Positions 41,018 through 56,290 of a stretch of 64,000 nucleotides of DNA are shown here, one piece after another (position 1 is the stretch's first letter; every line of letters starts with the position of its first letter). Under the pieces are notes generated by a model that saw only the letters and a list, made by a program, of their open reading frames with translations, ran no database searches and had not been told where the DNA came from. The position numbers and the translations under genes were made by a program. The stretch is from Octopus vulgaris (lineage: Eukaryota), in the NCBI GenBank assembly GCA_951406725.2, contig OX597828.1, positions 41,974,001-42,038,000 of the forward strand, given 5' to 3'.

Positions 41018-41463
41018 TGAGAGTGTGTGTGAGAGAAAGAGAGAAAGGATGAAGAGGATTTGGTTGATGGAATCTGTTTGGAGCTAGGTTTCTGTACGGT
41101 TGTTGTAAAGCTAGAAGAAGGCGAGTCAATATATGTGAGAAAATACTAAGAGGATGTAAGTGTGATGTCATCTAAGTATGAATCCATGTATATGTTTCGT
41201 AACGATGGATAAAAACGATAGAGATGTATTTAAGTTAAGAAGTGTGGGCGACAGTACATAGGGTTCGGTAGTTTCCAGAGCCAATGCACTCTAAATTAGT
41301 TTGCTGACCTCACAGATATTTCAGCAAACAGTATTTTACCAAATAGCGATATCGTTTGTTTATAACTCGGTTGTTATTATTAGTCAAACTGTAGAAATTA
41401 GCAGCCAAATCTCCCTCAGACTACTTCTTCATTTAAATAATAGTAATAATAATAATAATAATG

Positions 41464-42172
<709 letters not shown>

Positions 42173-42195
42173 CAATAATAATAATAATAATAATG

Positions 42196-42252
<57 letters not shown>

Positions 42253-42268
42253 CAACAACAACAACAAC

Positions 42269-42396
<128 letters not shown>

Positions 42397-42412
42397 CAAC
42401 AACAACAACAAC

Positions 42413-42450
<38 letters not shown>

Positions 42451-42468
42451 CAACAACAACAACACAAC

Positions 42469-42500
<32 letters not shown>

Positions 42501-42520
42501 CAACAACAACAACAACAACA

Positions 42521-42590
<70 letters not shown>

Positions 42591-42602
42591 TGATAATAAT
42601 AA

Positions 42603-42930
42603 TATAGATATAGCATGCCCAGCTGACAACAAGGAATGCGATATGGAAGAAAGAAAAGTCGATAGATGTAACCGGTTAGCTTGGGAGGTTAAGCAGTTGT
42701 GGTCGCTGAAAAAGGTGGCAGTAGTACCAATAAATATCGGAGCCCTGGGAGCAGTGAGTAAAAGTCTTGAGAAGTACATGGAGCACTTGCAGAAAGCAGC
42801 ACTGCTTGGAACCGCTTGAATACTCTGTATGGTGCTCGAAAAATAAGGGGCGTTACTTTTATTTCACTGGTAGTGAACAGCTGACACCGTAGTAAATCTC
42901 CATCGTTAGAAGCTGTGCAAAGACAATAAA
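42603..42930 (+). pseudogene. 3' end of an R4/Dong-like REL-endonuclease LINE
   Basis: IDIACPAD...EERKVDRCNRLAWEVKQLWSLKKVAVVPINIGALGAV...LQKAALLGTA*IL. Flanked by (AAT)n and (ATG)n. Confidence 0.8.
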
Positions 42931-42973
<43 letters not shown>

Positions 42974-42974
42974 C

Positions 42975-43009
<35 letters not shown>

Positions 43010-43016
43010 CGACGAC

Positions 43017-43049
<33 letters not shown>

Positions 43050-43051
43050 AG

Positions 43052-43095
<44 letters not shown>

Positions 43096-43329
43096 ACAAC
43101 AACAATAATAATAATAATAAGATGATGATGATGATGATGAAGAAGAAGAGAAGAAGAAGACGAAGAAGAAGTTGATGATGATAATGAAGAAGAAGAAGAA
43201 GAAGAAGAAGAAGAAGAAGAAGAAGAAGAAGAAGAAGAAGAAGAAGAAGAAGAAGAAGAAGAAGAAGAAGAAGAAGAAGAAGAAGAAGAAGAAGAAGAAG
43301 AAGAAGAAGAAGAAGAAGAAGAAGAAACG

Positions 43330-43915
43330 TCCTGATACAGTGCCAGACAGTGGCTTTATGTTCTTATGCCGTGCCAGACAGTGGCTCTCATTGCTTCTGA
43401 TCTTATCTGATTGGAGCTTTTATTATGCACATCTGTTTTGTCTAAATATAAACGATGGCTACAGCAAATATTCTGCTGAGTACCGCAGATTTACTTGTCA
43501 GTTGTTTGACCATAAGCAGTTGAGCATGTCCCTTAGTGGCTGGTGATATGTGCACCTCTGATCAGGAGCAGAAGTAGTGGGGGAGCATCATAGCCATGTG
43601 TTGAGAGAGATTCTTTGGGGTTTGAATAATCCACTTCTGGAAACATGGGTGTTTCGTTCAATATCCTTAAACAACTCTCATTCAAGGGTCATTTGAGCGG
43701 AATGGGCTATTCGACCCGAAGAAAATTCTAACAGGGCCCCACTTGCAAGGTCATGCGCTGTTTAATCTTGATATGAGATCACCATGTCGCGCACATATGG
43801 TAGTGATGCATGTGCCTAGTGTACGCTTATCAGACGGGTAGCCATGATGAGTATACTGGGTTTCGTATATTTTACCCCAATGTCACTTTGGTGGCATGCA
43901 CTGCTCTCTCATTCA
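43330..43915 (+). mobile_element. Family F retroposon, with a longer 5' end
   Basis: Homologous to 41645-42172. Confidence 0.8.
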
Positions 43916-44204
43916 ATAAAAAAAAAAAAAAAATAATAATAATTTTTTAACCATAAAGTGTTTATATTAAGGAAAACATTAAGGACTGTACGGTGTGTGT
44001 GTGTGTGCGTGTAAACAGGTTTAACAAAAGAAAAATATAGAAGTAATAGCATTTTGATAATGAATATCCCTCAGTAGGGAGGAGACGTTCGAGTGCTGCT
44101 GATCATGACCCCCACCCAACCAAAATAGAAAAAGAAAACCACGTGTGCTCTAACTTCTAAGGAAGGTGCCTTTTCTCATTTCCTCACCTCTAATTTTTTA
44201 TTAT

Positions 44205-44420
44205 TTTTCTTTTATTGTCCACAAGGGGCTGAACATAGAGGGGACAAACAAGGACAGACAAACGGATTAAGTCGATTACATCGACCCCAGTGTGTAACTG
44301 GTACTTAATTTATCGACCCTGAAAGGATGAAAGGCAAAGTCGACCTCGGCGGAATTTGAACTCAGAACGCAGCAGCGGACGAAATAACACAAAGCATTTC
44401 GCCCGGCTTGCTAACGTTTC
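44205..44420 (-). mobile_element. SINE family B copy
   Basis: Matches the family B consensus. Confidence 0.85.
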
Positions 44421-44421
44421 C

Positions 44422-44870
44422 GAGCAGACCCGTTCACTCGCACGACGGTCGCCATTCCCCTCCATCTTTCAACAAAATGGCTGGAATGCAACCCTTCCGT
44501 CTCCAACCTTAATTTCCTCTTCAAGTGATAAGGGATTGGTCAAAAAGAAAATTGTTTCTTTTCAGACTCTCCAATCTCATCCACCATGTAAGCTCTATCG
44601 CCATAACCACCAGGCATATGAAAACTGCCTGTCTTTCCCAGTTAAAAAGAAAGCGGCGAGGCGATATTGGCGATGGATCCAGTTGATAGCTGGATCCGTC
44701 CCACGATTGACAGCAGATGTTTGACGTAAAGCCACGGGTGAGCAATTCCCAACACGCAGAATAGCCTTCCGAGCGTGCATCAGATTGCTCGACCACAGCC
44801 GGACGCACCGTACCCCGTCTTTTTCTCCCATGTAAAGCCCTTTGACATTGTCGGCAAGGATTGAGGAAAA
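44422..44870 (-). pseudogene. Older, frameshifted Tx1/L1-type zf-RVT fragment
   Basis: FNWERQAVFICLVVMAIELTWWMRLESLKRNNFLFDQSLI aligns with FKREGRAIFIILVAMAKECIWWTRLKGLETNTFLSGQSLI from the 12266 ORF. Confidence 0.8.
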
Positions 44871-44888
44871 AATTCTTTAGCATCCGGG

Positions 44889-45060
44889 TGGGGTCGTTTT
44901 AAGGGATGTGCACACTGAGCAGATGCCCAGGGGCCGCACAGATGTAGGGACCCAATTCTGATCCATGTATGTTATGGCTTGCTTTCAATAAATACTCACT
45001 GTAGGGCCCAGTGCATTGTTTTTGCCCCGGACCGCCTATATGGCTGCTAAGATGACCCTG
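44889..45060. mobile_element. Degenerate hAT-type MITE
   Basis: Ends tggggtcgttttaa / taagatgaccctg. Flanks catccggg and cttccggg give a 7/8 TSD match. Confidence 0.6.
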
Positions 45061-45439
45061 CTTCCGGGTCGACCTTGATCAGGCGGACCTTGTTGTTAGT
45101 GATAGCTCGGGTAGGAATGTTCGTGGTGGGGTGCTAGTATTTCCAAAAGAAAAGCAGCCGAAATACAAATAGCTACGAGATTAAAGAGAGAGATAGAGAG
45201 AGGGGGAGGGAGAGAAACAGAAAGAGGGAGTCGAAGGCGAGAGAGAGATGTCTTTGGTAAGGTATTATAGTATAATTAGAGGAAGTAGGAGGGTTGAGAG
45301 ATGTGGGAGGCGCTGGAGTTAGGGAGTGCTTTCTATTTAGTCAGCGTGTGTCGGGGCCAAAACTACAGTTTCTTACTCGAAATAATGATTCCAGATCAAA
45401 GAAAAGTGAGTGTGAGTGCGTATATGTTTACTGTTGCGT

Positions 45440-45535
<96 letters not shown>

Positions 45536-45557
45536 GCATGCACACGCACACACACAT

Positions 45558-45615
<58 letters not shown>

Positions 45616-45706
45616 ATGCATACATACATACATACATACATACATACAAACATGCATACATACACACATGTATACATACATATATGTGTGTATATGTATA
45701 TATATA

Positions 45707-45755
<49 letters not shown>

Positions 45756-45845
45756 CTGTAGGTATATGTACATACACACACACACGTATATATATATATT
45801 TATCTCTCTCTCTCTCTCTATCTATCTATATATGTATATATATAT

Positions 45846-45977
45846 GTAAAGTATACTAGCCATCTCAATATGGCTAACCACTAAGGGTGGGTGTTACTGT
45901 AGCTTTTAGCCCCAGGAGATCTACTGTAACACCCACCCTTAATGGTTATCCATATTGAGATGGCTAGTATACTTTAC
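45846..45977. repeat. Hairpin with ~57-bp arms and 18-nt loop
   Basis: 45846-45902 versus 45921-45977, about three mismatches. Confidence 0.9.
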
Positions 45978-46028
45978 GTTGTCGTTCAGAGATTTATTAT
46001 TGCTGTATATATATTCTATAGTAAAAGA

Positions 46029-46279
46029 CATTTGCCCAAGATGCCACGCAGTGGAACTGAACCCAGAACCATGTGGTTCTTACCATACACCCAAGTCATG
46101 TATGTACACACATTATATATATATGCATGTATATATATGGTGTGGCTATGTGGTAAGAACCACATGGTTCTGGATTCAGTTCCACTGCATGGCATCTTGG
46201 GCAAATGACTTTTGCCATGGAATCGGACCGACCAAAACCTTGTGAGTGGATTTGGTAAATGGAAACTAAAAGAAGCTCG

Positions 46280-46353
<74 letters not shown>

Positions 46354-46540
46354 AAATATTTGTGTCTGTATTTGTGCTTGTTGATTTGTTCACGGCCCGT
46401 TACTTAGCGGTCCGGCAAACGAAACCGACAGAATAAGTACTCGGTTTACAAAGAATAAATGCAGGGGCCGATTTGTTAGGCTAAAGGCGGTGCTCCAGCA
46501 TGGCCGCAGTCCAATGACTGAAACAAGTAAAAGAATAAAA
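46029..46540 (+). mobile_element. SINE family A copy (46140-46540) with an inverted duplicate of its head (46029-46093)
   Basis: Both heads share the same deletion (ggtaagaaccacatgg). Confidence 0.8.
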
Positions 46541-47574
46541 GACCACACACACACATGTATGTGTGTGTGCATACTTACACACAAACACATACTAGGGCAC
46601 TCACATAAACACATACATACATATGAAAAATCAACGAAAATGCTCATTGCAAATAAAAAAAAAAGGCTTTTTATGACAGGTGACGACAAATCTATACATT
46701 TAGATGGACTGAGGTAGTCATAAAAGTCATTATTATGAGATGATTATAAGATGATAATAAAGTAAGAGAACAAAGCAAACCATGGTTTCGGCAAAACCTA
46801 ATCATCGTTTTGAAAACACCGGCTAATACCTATATATATATATTTAAATTACTTCATTCTGTAAGTTCATCTCGCCGAAGAAAGATGCTGCTCTCAGGGC
46901 TTGAATATCTCATGAAGTTGGTGACTTTGTGTGGTTATTCGACTTATAGTTCTAAGCTCTTATTTCTAGCAATTGTAGGTGCTACTTTGCACCCTTATTT
47001 ATGAATCTCACCGTGAAAGAGGAAGGACGAAGGAGAATAAAAAAAAAAAGTCTGTAAAAATAGAGATTAAGGATTAGGGTTTAATAATGGAATGATAAAA
47101 CTTCGTGTGATACTTTCCGGAGAAAAATTTTGAAGATTGACCGCCGCAAGCATTTCTAATCCTTAATTATAATTCCCCTTATTTTCCTTTAGCAAAGGAA
47201 ATCTAGTGTAACGCCATGTTTTTTCTCCTTCACTATTCTCTCTCTGTCTCGCTCTCTCTTTCTCTCGCTTTCTCACATTACGGGCCACCTGGGGAAGATT
47301 ACACACACACGTGTTGCTCCTGCCTTTAGAATTGGGACTGTTTTTCGGTTTCTTTTCTTTACTTTTTTATCCCCTTCAATGGCTCAAACAGAAAGTCCAG
47401 CAAAAACTTATAATTCTCAGCTACTAATGTGGAACAAACCACAAATCTTTGGTTATACGACCCCATAAATATATCTACTTAGGCATTAAAAAAAGCGGGT
47501 AGCAATAGATTATATACAGTAAATGGTGGGTATTTTTACGAATTAAAGTATGAGGTAATTGAGTATTTGTAATC

Positions 47575-48030
47575 TTTTATCTTTCACTTGTTTCAGTCAT
47601 TAGACTGTGGCCATGCTGGGGCACTGCCTGGAAGAATTTTTTTCTCAATCAAATCTATTCCAGCACATTTTTTCATGTTTGTAAAGCCTGGTACTTATTT
47701 TATTGGTCTCTTTGCAGAACCTATTTCTTTATTACCCACAAGGGGCTAAACATAGAGGGGACAAACAAGGACAGACATAGGTATTAAGTCGATTACATCG
47801 ACCCCAGTGCGTAACTGGTACTTAATTTATCGACCCCGAAAGGATGAAAGGCAAAGTCAACCTCGGCGGAATTTGAACTCACAACGTAACGCAGACGAAA
47901 TACCGTTAAGCATTTCGCCCGGCGTGCTAACGTTTCTGCCAGCTCTCCACCTTTGCAGAACCACTCTTTGCAGAACCACTAACTTATAGGGACGTAAGCA
48001 TACCAACATCGGTTGTCAAGCAGTGGTGGG
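47575..48030 (-). mobile_element. SINE family B (47722-47950) nested in a SINE family A tail
   Basis: TSD ctttgcagaacc on both sides of the B copy. Confidence 0.82.
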
Positions 48031-48044
48031 AAGTTTTGTAGAAT

Positions 48045-48464
48045 ATACTTCTCGTTCACCAGACCTCACCCTTTTAGACTGTTTCTTATGGGGATACTTA
48101 AAAGATAAAGTGTATGCCACAAAACCAGCAACTGTCACTGAACTGAGTGTTGCCATTGAATGAGAATGCACGCAAATACCTAATGAAATGTTATTTGCTG
48201 CTTGAGATTCCATAGCTTCGCATTGTCAGAAATGTCTGGACCACAATGGACATTGATTTAAAAACAGGCGATAACATAATCTTTAAAAAATGCATTTTAA
48301 TAAATTCTGTCTTTGTATGCTTGGAGTAAATCACGCACAGATTTTGGGGGGTTTAAATGCAGTTAATTCTGTAGATCGTATATTTTCTGGAAAGTATGTG
48401 GGTTTTAATAATTATTCCCTTCATAGTTATTGAAAGTGTGTATAGATTTTTTTGGGACACCCTG
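48045..48464 (+). mobile_element. 3' end of a Tc1/mariner transposon
   Basis: SRSPDLTLLDCFLWGYLKDKVY...CQKCLDHNGH and terminal ttttgggacaccctg|ta. Confidence 0.82.
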
Positions 48465-48740
48465 TATACACTAATGCACATACAGACATAGCTTATTCAT
48501 AATTTTTCCAGCCTGCGGAAAAATGGCTAAAATTTGCTCTATAACTATACTATAATCAGGCTACATGTATATTATATCACAGCTGATACTGTGTGGAGTG
48601 AGATCTCTGTTGACAGGAGTTGGTATTTACAGAGTTTTAAACACTTTCGGTACGCAAATTAGGGACTCCTTCATAGGGTAACTGCTGCATTTGTTGAGTA
48701 TATAAGTTGTTTGGCTGCTTCTTTCTCAAGAGACTGTCAG

Positions 48741-48803
48741 AATGATGAAGACGTCTCTGATGGGAACCCAGTAAGGTTCGAAAATCGATTAAGGTTGCTC
48801 ATC

Positions 48804-48806
<3 letters not shown>
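48741..48806 (+). ncRNA. Type I HHR motif with A9>G change, ending at (TA)n
   Basis: AAUGAUGA..GUCU-CUGAUGG-GAACC-CAGUAA-GGUUC-GAAAA-UCGA-UUA^AGGU..UCAUCAUU. Confidence 0.65.
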
Positions 48807-48851
<45 letters not shown>

Positions 48852-48999
48852 GTGTGTGTGTATTGTACAAGGGTCGATTCATTCGACTAGAATTCTTCGA
48901 AGTGGTACCCCAGCATGGTCGTAGAATGACGATTTAAAAAATTAAACGAAAAATATGTCCGTATTTAAAATATAATATATAGAAACACAGCCATATCTT

Positions 49000-49126
<127 letters not shown>

Positions 49127-49352
49127 CGCTCGCTATGCCTATATACATATATATAAAGGTACTCTTTATACAGAATTTCACATGGATGTCTTGTTATTAG
49201 CCAATCACGTTATTAGCCAGGAAAACCTTACTTTTGGGGATTAATACAGTTTCCTTCGCAAATTATATATATAAATTAGAAAAAAAACACCTTTTATTAA
49301 TTCAATAATGAACAATTAATTTATACCACTTAGAAAAATTACACACACACTT

Positions 49353-49384
<32 letters not shown>

Positions 49385-49560
49385 CGTTAGCCACTACGCA
49401 CATATTTTTCTCTCCTTGTTTTTTCTGTGACCCTTTCTTGTAGAAGAGCGTAGGCTCGAAACGTAAAAGACTTTTTCTATTCCCGAGTGTTATACTAATA
49501 CATCTGTTTGTTTTGTACACCACCTGTCTTCGTCTTTTGTTTTTTTTTGTAATCTCATTA
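49385..49560 (+). mobile_element. (TA)-flanked minimal-HHR repeat unit
   Basis: ctttcttgtagaagagcgtaggctcgaaacgtaaaagac. Same family as 17055-17395. Confidence 0.62.
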
Positions 49561-49636
49561 TATATATATATACATATATGTATATATATATAGATGGATA
49601 GATAAACAGACAGGTAGATATAAATATAGATAGATA

Positions 49637-49700
<64 letters not shown>

Positions 49701-49703
<3 letters not shown>

Positions 49704-50096
49704 CGCAGGAGTGGCTGTGTAGTAAGTAGCTTGCTAACCAACCACATGGTTCTGGGTTCAATCCCACTGCGTGGCATCTTGGGCAAGTGTCTTCTGCTAT
49801 AGCCCCGGGCCGACCAATGCCTTGTGAGTGGATTTGGTAGACGGAAACTGTCGTATATATGTATATATATATATGTATATATATATATATGTATATGTGT
49901 GTCTGTGTTTGTCACCCTAGCATTGCTTGACAACCAATGCTGGTGTGTTTACGTCCCCGTCACTTAGCGGTTCGGCAAAAGAGACCGATAGAATAAGTAC
50001 TGGAATTACAAAGTATAAGTCCCGGGGGTCGATTGTCTCGACTAAAGGCGGTGCTCCAGCATGGCCGCAGTCAAATGACTGAAACAAGTAAAAGAG

Positions 50097-50098
<2 letters not shown>
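49701..50098 (+). mobile_element. SINE family A, full-length (tRNA-derived, CORE-like; probably an octopus OR-type SINE)
   Basis: A box tggctgtgtagtaag, B box ggttcaatccc, CORE-like ggcatcttgggcaagtgtctt. The family name is from recall and is unverified. Confidence 0.88.
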
Positions 50099-50191
<93 letters not shown>

Positions 50192-50523
50192 TTGATAGAT
50201 AGACAGATAGATAGATAGATAGCCCAAAGCATAGTCTAAATAATATGAATAGAAAACCCTAGATAAAGATGAATCGACACGCAGAACGTAGCGATGTTGT
50301 TTTTTCGCGCTCTGTAGACGTAGGTACAAGAAAAGGGTTCCCAGAAAAAACAAATAAGTACACGAAGTTGGATTTAAATGGGCGGTGATAGTCTGCAAGA
50401 CTCATTGAGAAGATTTGTTGTGCTTAATGAGGTGTACGGGTAGGTGGGGTGTGGTGCCGGTGGGGTGGGGGGCGGTTTGGTTGGAAGGGTAGCTAGGTGC
50501 TTCTCTCAAGGAGGTTCTTTTCG

Positions 50524-50601
<78 letters not shown>

Positions 50602-50771
50602 GCTCGCACACGCACGCGCACACATTGACATACGGTTGCTGGTGCTGTAATGAATAGGGTTCTGGGCGAAATCTATAGTTGCATGTGGAGAAGGAAAGTT
50701 GTAATTTCTGATGAAACGATGAAATGGATAGCAAATACATACATACACGTGTGTGTGTGTGTGAATTTATG

Positions 50772-50839
<68 letters not shown>

Positions 50840-50917
50840 CGTATATATATATGTAGATATATATATGTAAATATATACGTATATGTATAATCATATATGT
50901 TACATTTATATAAATTG

Positions 50918-51688
<771 letters not shown>

Positions 51689-51969
51689 CTCCCCTCTTGG
51701 TATTGGCTATCAGATATTATAAGAAAGTAGGACTTCTGTTACTGGATATACATATAGAAATTCGCAAATATTTGTGGCGTATTAACTAAAATATATAATA
51801 CTAAAAGATGGTCTAAGCAGGCTTTATTATAAGTCGCTACAATTTTTTCAAGCCTTCATTACCAGATGTTAATTATTGAATGTTGCAGAAAGTATGTACA
51901 ATGTTATATTAATATGATGAAACGATAGCTATATACATGTGTATTTTCGGTTGACCTTCTATATGTATG

Positions 51970-52019
<50 letters not shown>

Positions 52020-53012
52020 TGTGTGTATACGTATGTATGTATATATATATGTATATACACACAAATATATATATATATATACATATATATGCATATATAC
52101 ATACATACATACATATATTTTTTATATACATATATATATGTATGTGTGTGTGTGTGTGTGTGTGACACATCTTACCTTTTGCCTTTTTAATATTTCTTAG
52201 TCATTTGACTGCAGCCATGCTGGGGAACCGCATTGAAGGGTCAACTAAGCGAACCTACGGACATGTGAGCTATATTAATAACTAATTACGAGAAATTGGA
52301 TCTAACTAACTCTCTTCTCATCTATCATACAACGGATTTATTGAACTTTGAACCTAACTAAAATGTAAGACTATCGAATTATTGAACTTTTTCTTCTTCC
52401 TGTTTTTTCCTTTCACTTTCTTTCTCTCCCCTTTTGTTTATCTACGGCACACACTTAGCGTATTAGGCCTTGTGATTGTCGATAGGGTGCAATTTCGTGT
52501 GGTGGAACGCCAGAGCGCCAGATGTGAGAATACCTGAAAGTTATGGACAGGTGAGAGAACTCACTCAAAATCCCTTTCAGGTGTGATGCACTTCGATGTT
52601 CCGCTATCATGGTGGCTTATCAACATAATGTGCTCGAACCGAATCGGAAACAAATCGTGACGTTATTTCACGACTTATAGATACATAGTATAAAGAATTA
52701 TGGGCTGGTATGCTCTGGCAATGCATACATAGGAAAAAATTCAAATATGGAAGAGAAGCAGCGCTGGCGTAATAACATTATCCACCACACATACTTTACG
52801 TATGTGCTTTCTGTATTTGCATGTTGGTTGCGATTTGGAGCGGTGGAGAATACTCTCTCAAAGGGCCAGGTGTTAAAACACATGAGTTATGGATAGGCAC
52901 GCCTGTCCATGACATAAAGTATATACGTCAAGTATGTGTGGGTGACATACATACATACATACATACATACATACATACATACATACATACATACATACAT
53001 ACATACATACAT

Positions 53013-53068
<56 letters not shown>

Positions 53069-53125
53069 TTATAAAAAAGAAGTTTGAAAACGCCACTATA
53101 TAAGATAGATTTTAATTTTCTTAGA

Positions 53126-53176
53126 AATTTTACATGTTTCGGTTCTTCTTGAAAAAAGGAACCTTATCAAAAATAT
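53126..53176 (-). ncRNA. Type I HHR motif with U3-A8 core
   Basis: AUUU-UUGAUAA-GGUUC..GAACC-GAAAC-AU-GUA^AAAU. Stem III is the palindrome ACAUGU. Confidence 0.55.
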
Positions 53177-53558
53177 TTTAAAAAGTTAATTGTAATAAAA
53201 AAAGTTCATAATTGTTTCTTACTAGTCTCAACAGAATCCACGTCGTGGTTTTTTGTGGGGAGTAAGCATAATAACTGTCATATGTGTTCGAATAAAACTG
53301 AGATAATATATATATACAAAATGGGCAAGAACAGAAAACATCCGAACATCTAGGTGATACAAGAAAAAAGACAGCAAAACTTCAAGATAGACGATACAAA
53401 GAAAACAAGGAAGGGTCATTCGGAGTTTTCTTTCCTCAGTCGAGTTCCAGATTATTTTTGCAATTTCAGCCCGGTTATACTCGAGATTGCTCGAATCTGG
53501 CCAGCCCCAAGGAATAACTAAGAGCATTAGATTCCTTGGGAGAAAGAGAAATTACCGA

Positions 53559-53639
<81 letters not shown>

Positions 53640-53855
53640 AATACATGCATACATACCTGCAAAAATATGTATATGTATATATATATATGTGTGTCTATAT
53701 GTGTGTGTAGTATGTATGTGTATAGGTTCACGTGTGTATATATGTATATACTGACATATATATGCATTTATGTGGAGATATATATATATATATCCATGTA
53801 TGTGTATGTATGTGTATGTAATATATGTATCTATATGTATATCTACGTCTGTCTG

Positions 53856-53892
<37 letters not shown>

Positions 53893-54086
53893 ATCTATAT
53901 CTATATACATATATACGTAAATATAAATACACATACACACACATAAATATATATATATATGTACATATATATATATTTATGTATGCAAATATATGCACGT
54001 ATATGCGTACATACATACATATATACATACATACATGCATACATACATATATACATATATACAAACATACATACATACATACATAC

Positions 54087-54117
<31 letters not shown>

Positions 54118-54147
54118 CATACATACATACATACATACATACATACA

Positions 54148-54179
<32 letters not shown>

Positions 54180-54571
54180 GCTGGGTCTCTGTAAACAAGC
54201 AAAGATGCTGGCTAGTATAAGCGACAGGCAGCCAGGCAGATGAATAGACCAACAGACCGACCGACCGACCGACCGACCGACCGACCGAGTCAGTGAGAAT
54301 TGTGTGTCTGAGAGGGAGATGGGTGTGGGGAGGGGTCGAGATGGCTAGCTGTAGGAATGGGGTAGGGGTAGGGGTAGGTGTAAGGTGGAGAGGTTGAAGG
54401 AGTGAAACGGTGTGGATTACTGAGATATTTCAATGAGGTCTGTAAGTTCATTGAAGAAACTAGGTTTCTATGTCATTTGCGCTTATTATTATACAACACA
54501 GCGTGTGTTTGTGTGTATGAGTATGTGTATATGTGTGTGTGTGAGCGTGTGTAAGCGTGTATGTGCGTATA

Positions 54572-54607
<36 letters not shown>

Positions 54608-54807
54608 TAGACATATTATATAGACATACTCTTTGCCGATGATGACGATGGTGATGGTGGCGTTGATGATGATGACGATGATGATGATGATGATGTTGTT
54701 GTTGATGATGATGATGGTGGTGGTGGTGGTGGTGGTGGTGATGATGATGATGATGATGATGAAGATGATGACAGTAATAATAATAGTGTTGGTTGTTTCG
54801 ATGATGG

Positions 54808-54864
<57 letters not shown>

Positions 54865-55481
54865 CGGCGACGATGATGATGGTGTTGGTGGTGGATCTGG
54901 TCTTGAACATAATTATCATGATGATGTTGATGATGTTTAGTAGAGGAAGAAATGATGGTGGTGTTGCTGTTGGTGACGCACGGTTGTGGTGGTGGGTGGT
55001 GGTGTTAGTGTTGGTGGTGCACGTTTGTGGTGGTGGGTGATGGTTGTGATGGTGGTGGTTGTGATGGTGGTGGTTGTGATAGTGGTGGTTGTGATGGTGG
55101 TGGGTGGTGGTGGTGGTGGTGGCGAGAATGGTGGTGTTGATGTTACTTGGGTGTTGGTAGAGGCGATTTACGATGTCTTTTATCCAGCTATCCTCGCTGT
55201 GTGCGGGTGTAAGTATGTGTGTATGCATCTATGTATGTAGGTTATAAAAAACATATAATGGATGCATAAACAGAAAACAAACACAGGTCACTAACTCCTC
55301 ATCAATTCTCAGCCAGAGGGTCAAGCGCAATTTCGCGCTTTCAACGATAATATTATTGCACTCCGGTGGCGCCGGCAACAAGTAGCGGCCGCAAAATGGC
55401 ATGCCAACAAACAAGGGACCGAACATAACAGAAATTGCACAAACAAGAAATAAACATATATGCAATACATAAAGTGAACAT

Positions 55482-55900
55482 AGGCGCAGGAGTGGCTGTG
55501 TGGTAAGTAGCTTGCTAACGAACCACATGGTTTCGGGTTCAGTCTCACTGCGTGGAATCTTGGGCAAGTGTCTTCTTCTATAGCCCCGGGCCGACCAATG
55601 TCTTGTGAGTGGATTTGGTAGACGGAAACTGAAAGAAGCCTGTCGTATATATGTATATATATATAAGTGTGTGTGTGTATATGTTTGTGTGTCTGTGTTT
55701 GTCCCCCTAGCATTGCTTGACAACCGATGCTGGTGTGTTTACGTCCCCGTCACCTAGCGGTTCGGCAAAAGAGACTGATAGAATTAGTACTAGGCTTCCA
55801 AAGAATAAGTCCCGGGGTCGATTTGTTCGACTAAAGGCGGTGCTCTGGTATGGCCGCACTCAAATGACTGAAACAAGTAAAAGAGTAAAAGAGTAAGAGT
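55482..55900 (+). mobile_element. SINE family A, full-length
   Basis: Matches the family A consensus. Confidence 0.88.
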
Positions 55901-56246
55901 ATAAAAATAAAAAATAAATGTGATTGAAGACGGGACCATTAGTGGACAGACCAGGGACGAAGAGGAAAACGAACAAGAGGAAATGTGGACATACAAACTG
56001 AAATAAATAAACAGAATACGGCCTTAGGGACAGACAGTTAACGAGAATATGGTTTACGCCAAGTGGAATATCATAAGGGATTAGAAATAGAAGGACAACA
56101 GAGGGACAACGAAACGGGTTGAAAGTGGGAGACGAGAGGAAATTCGACCTGTCCTTCGGTGGTTGGCGTGAAGAGGAAAGGTGAGAAAACACAAAAGATG
56201 GCGATGACCAATGGTTACATGTCAGTAGTAGGAAGGAGCGGTAGAT

Positions 56247-56290
<44 letters not shown>

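Noticed and set aside
46776-46812. GAAAC-CATG-GTT palindrome with upstream GATGA (minus)
   Set aside because: CUGA and stem II are missing.
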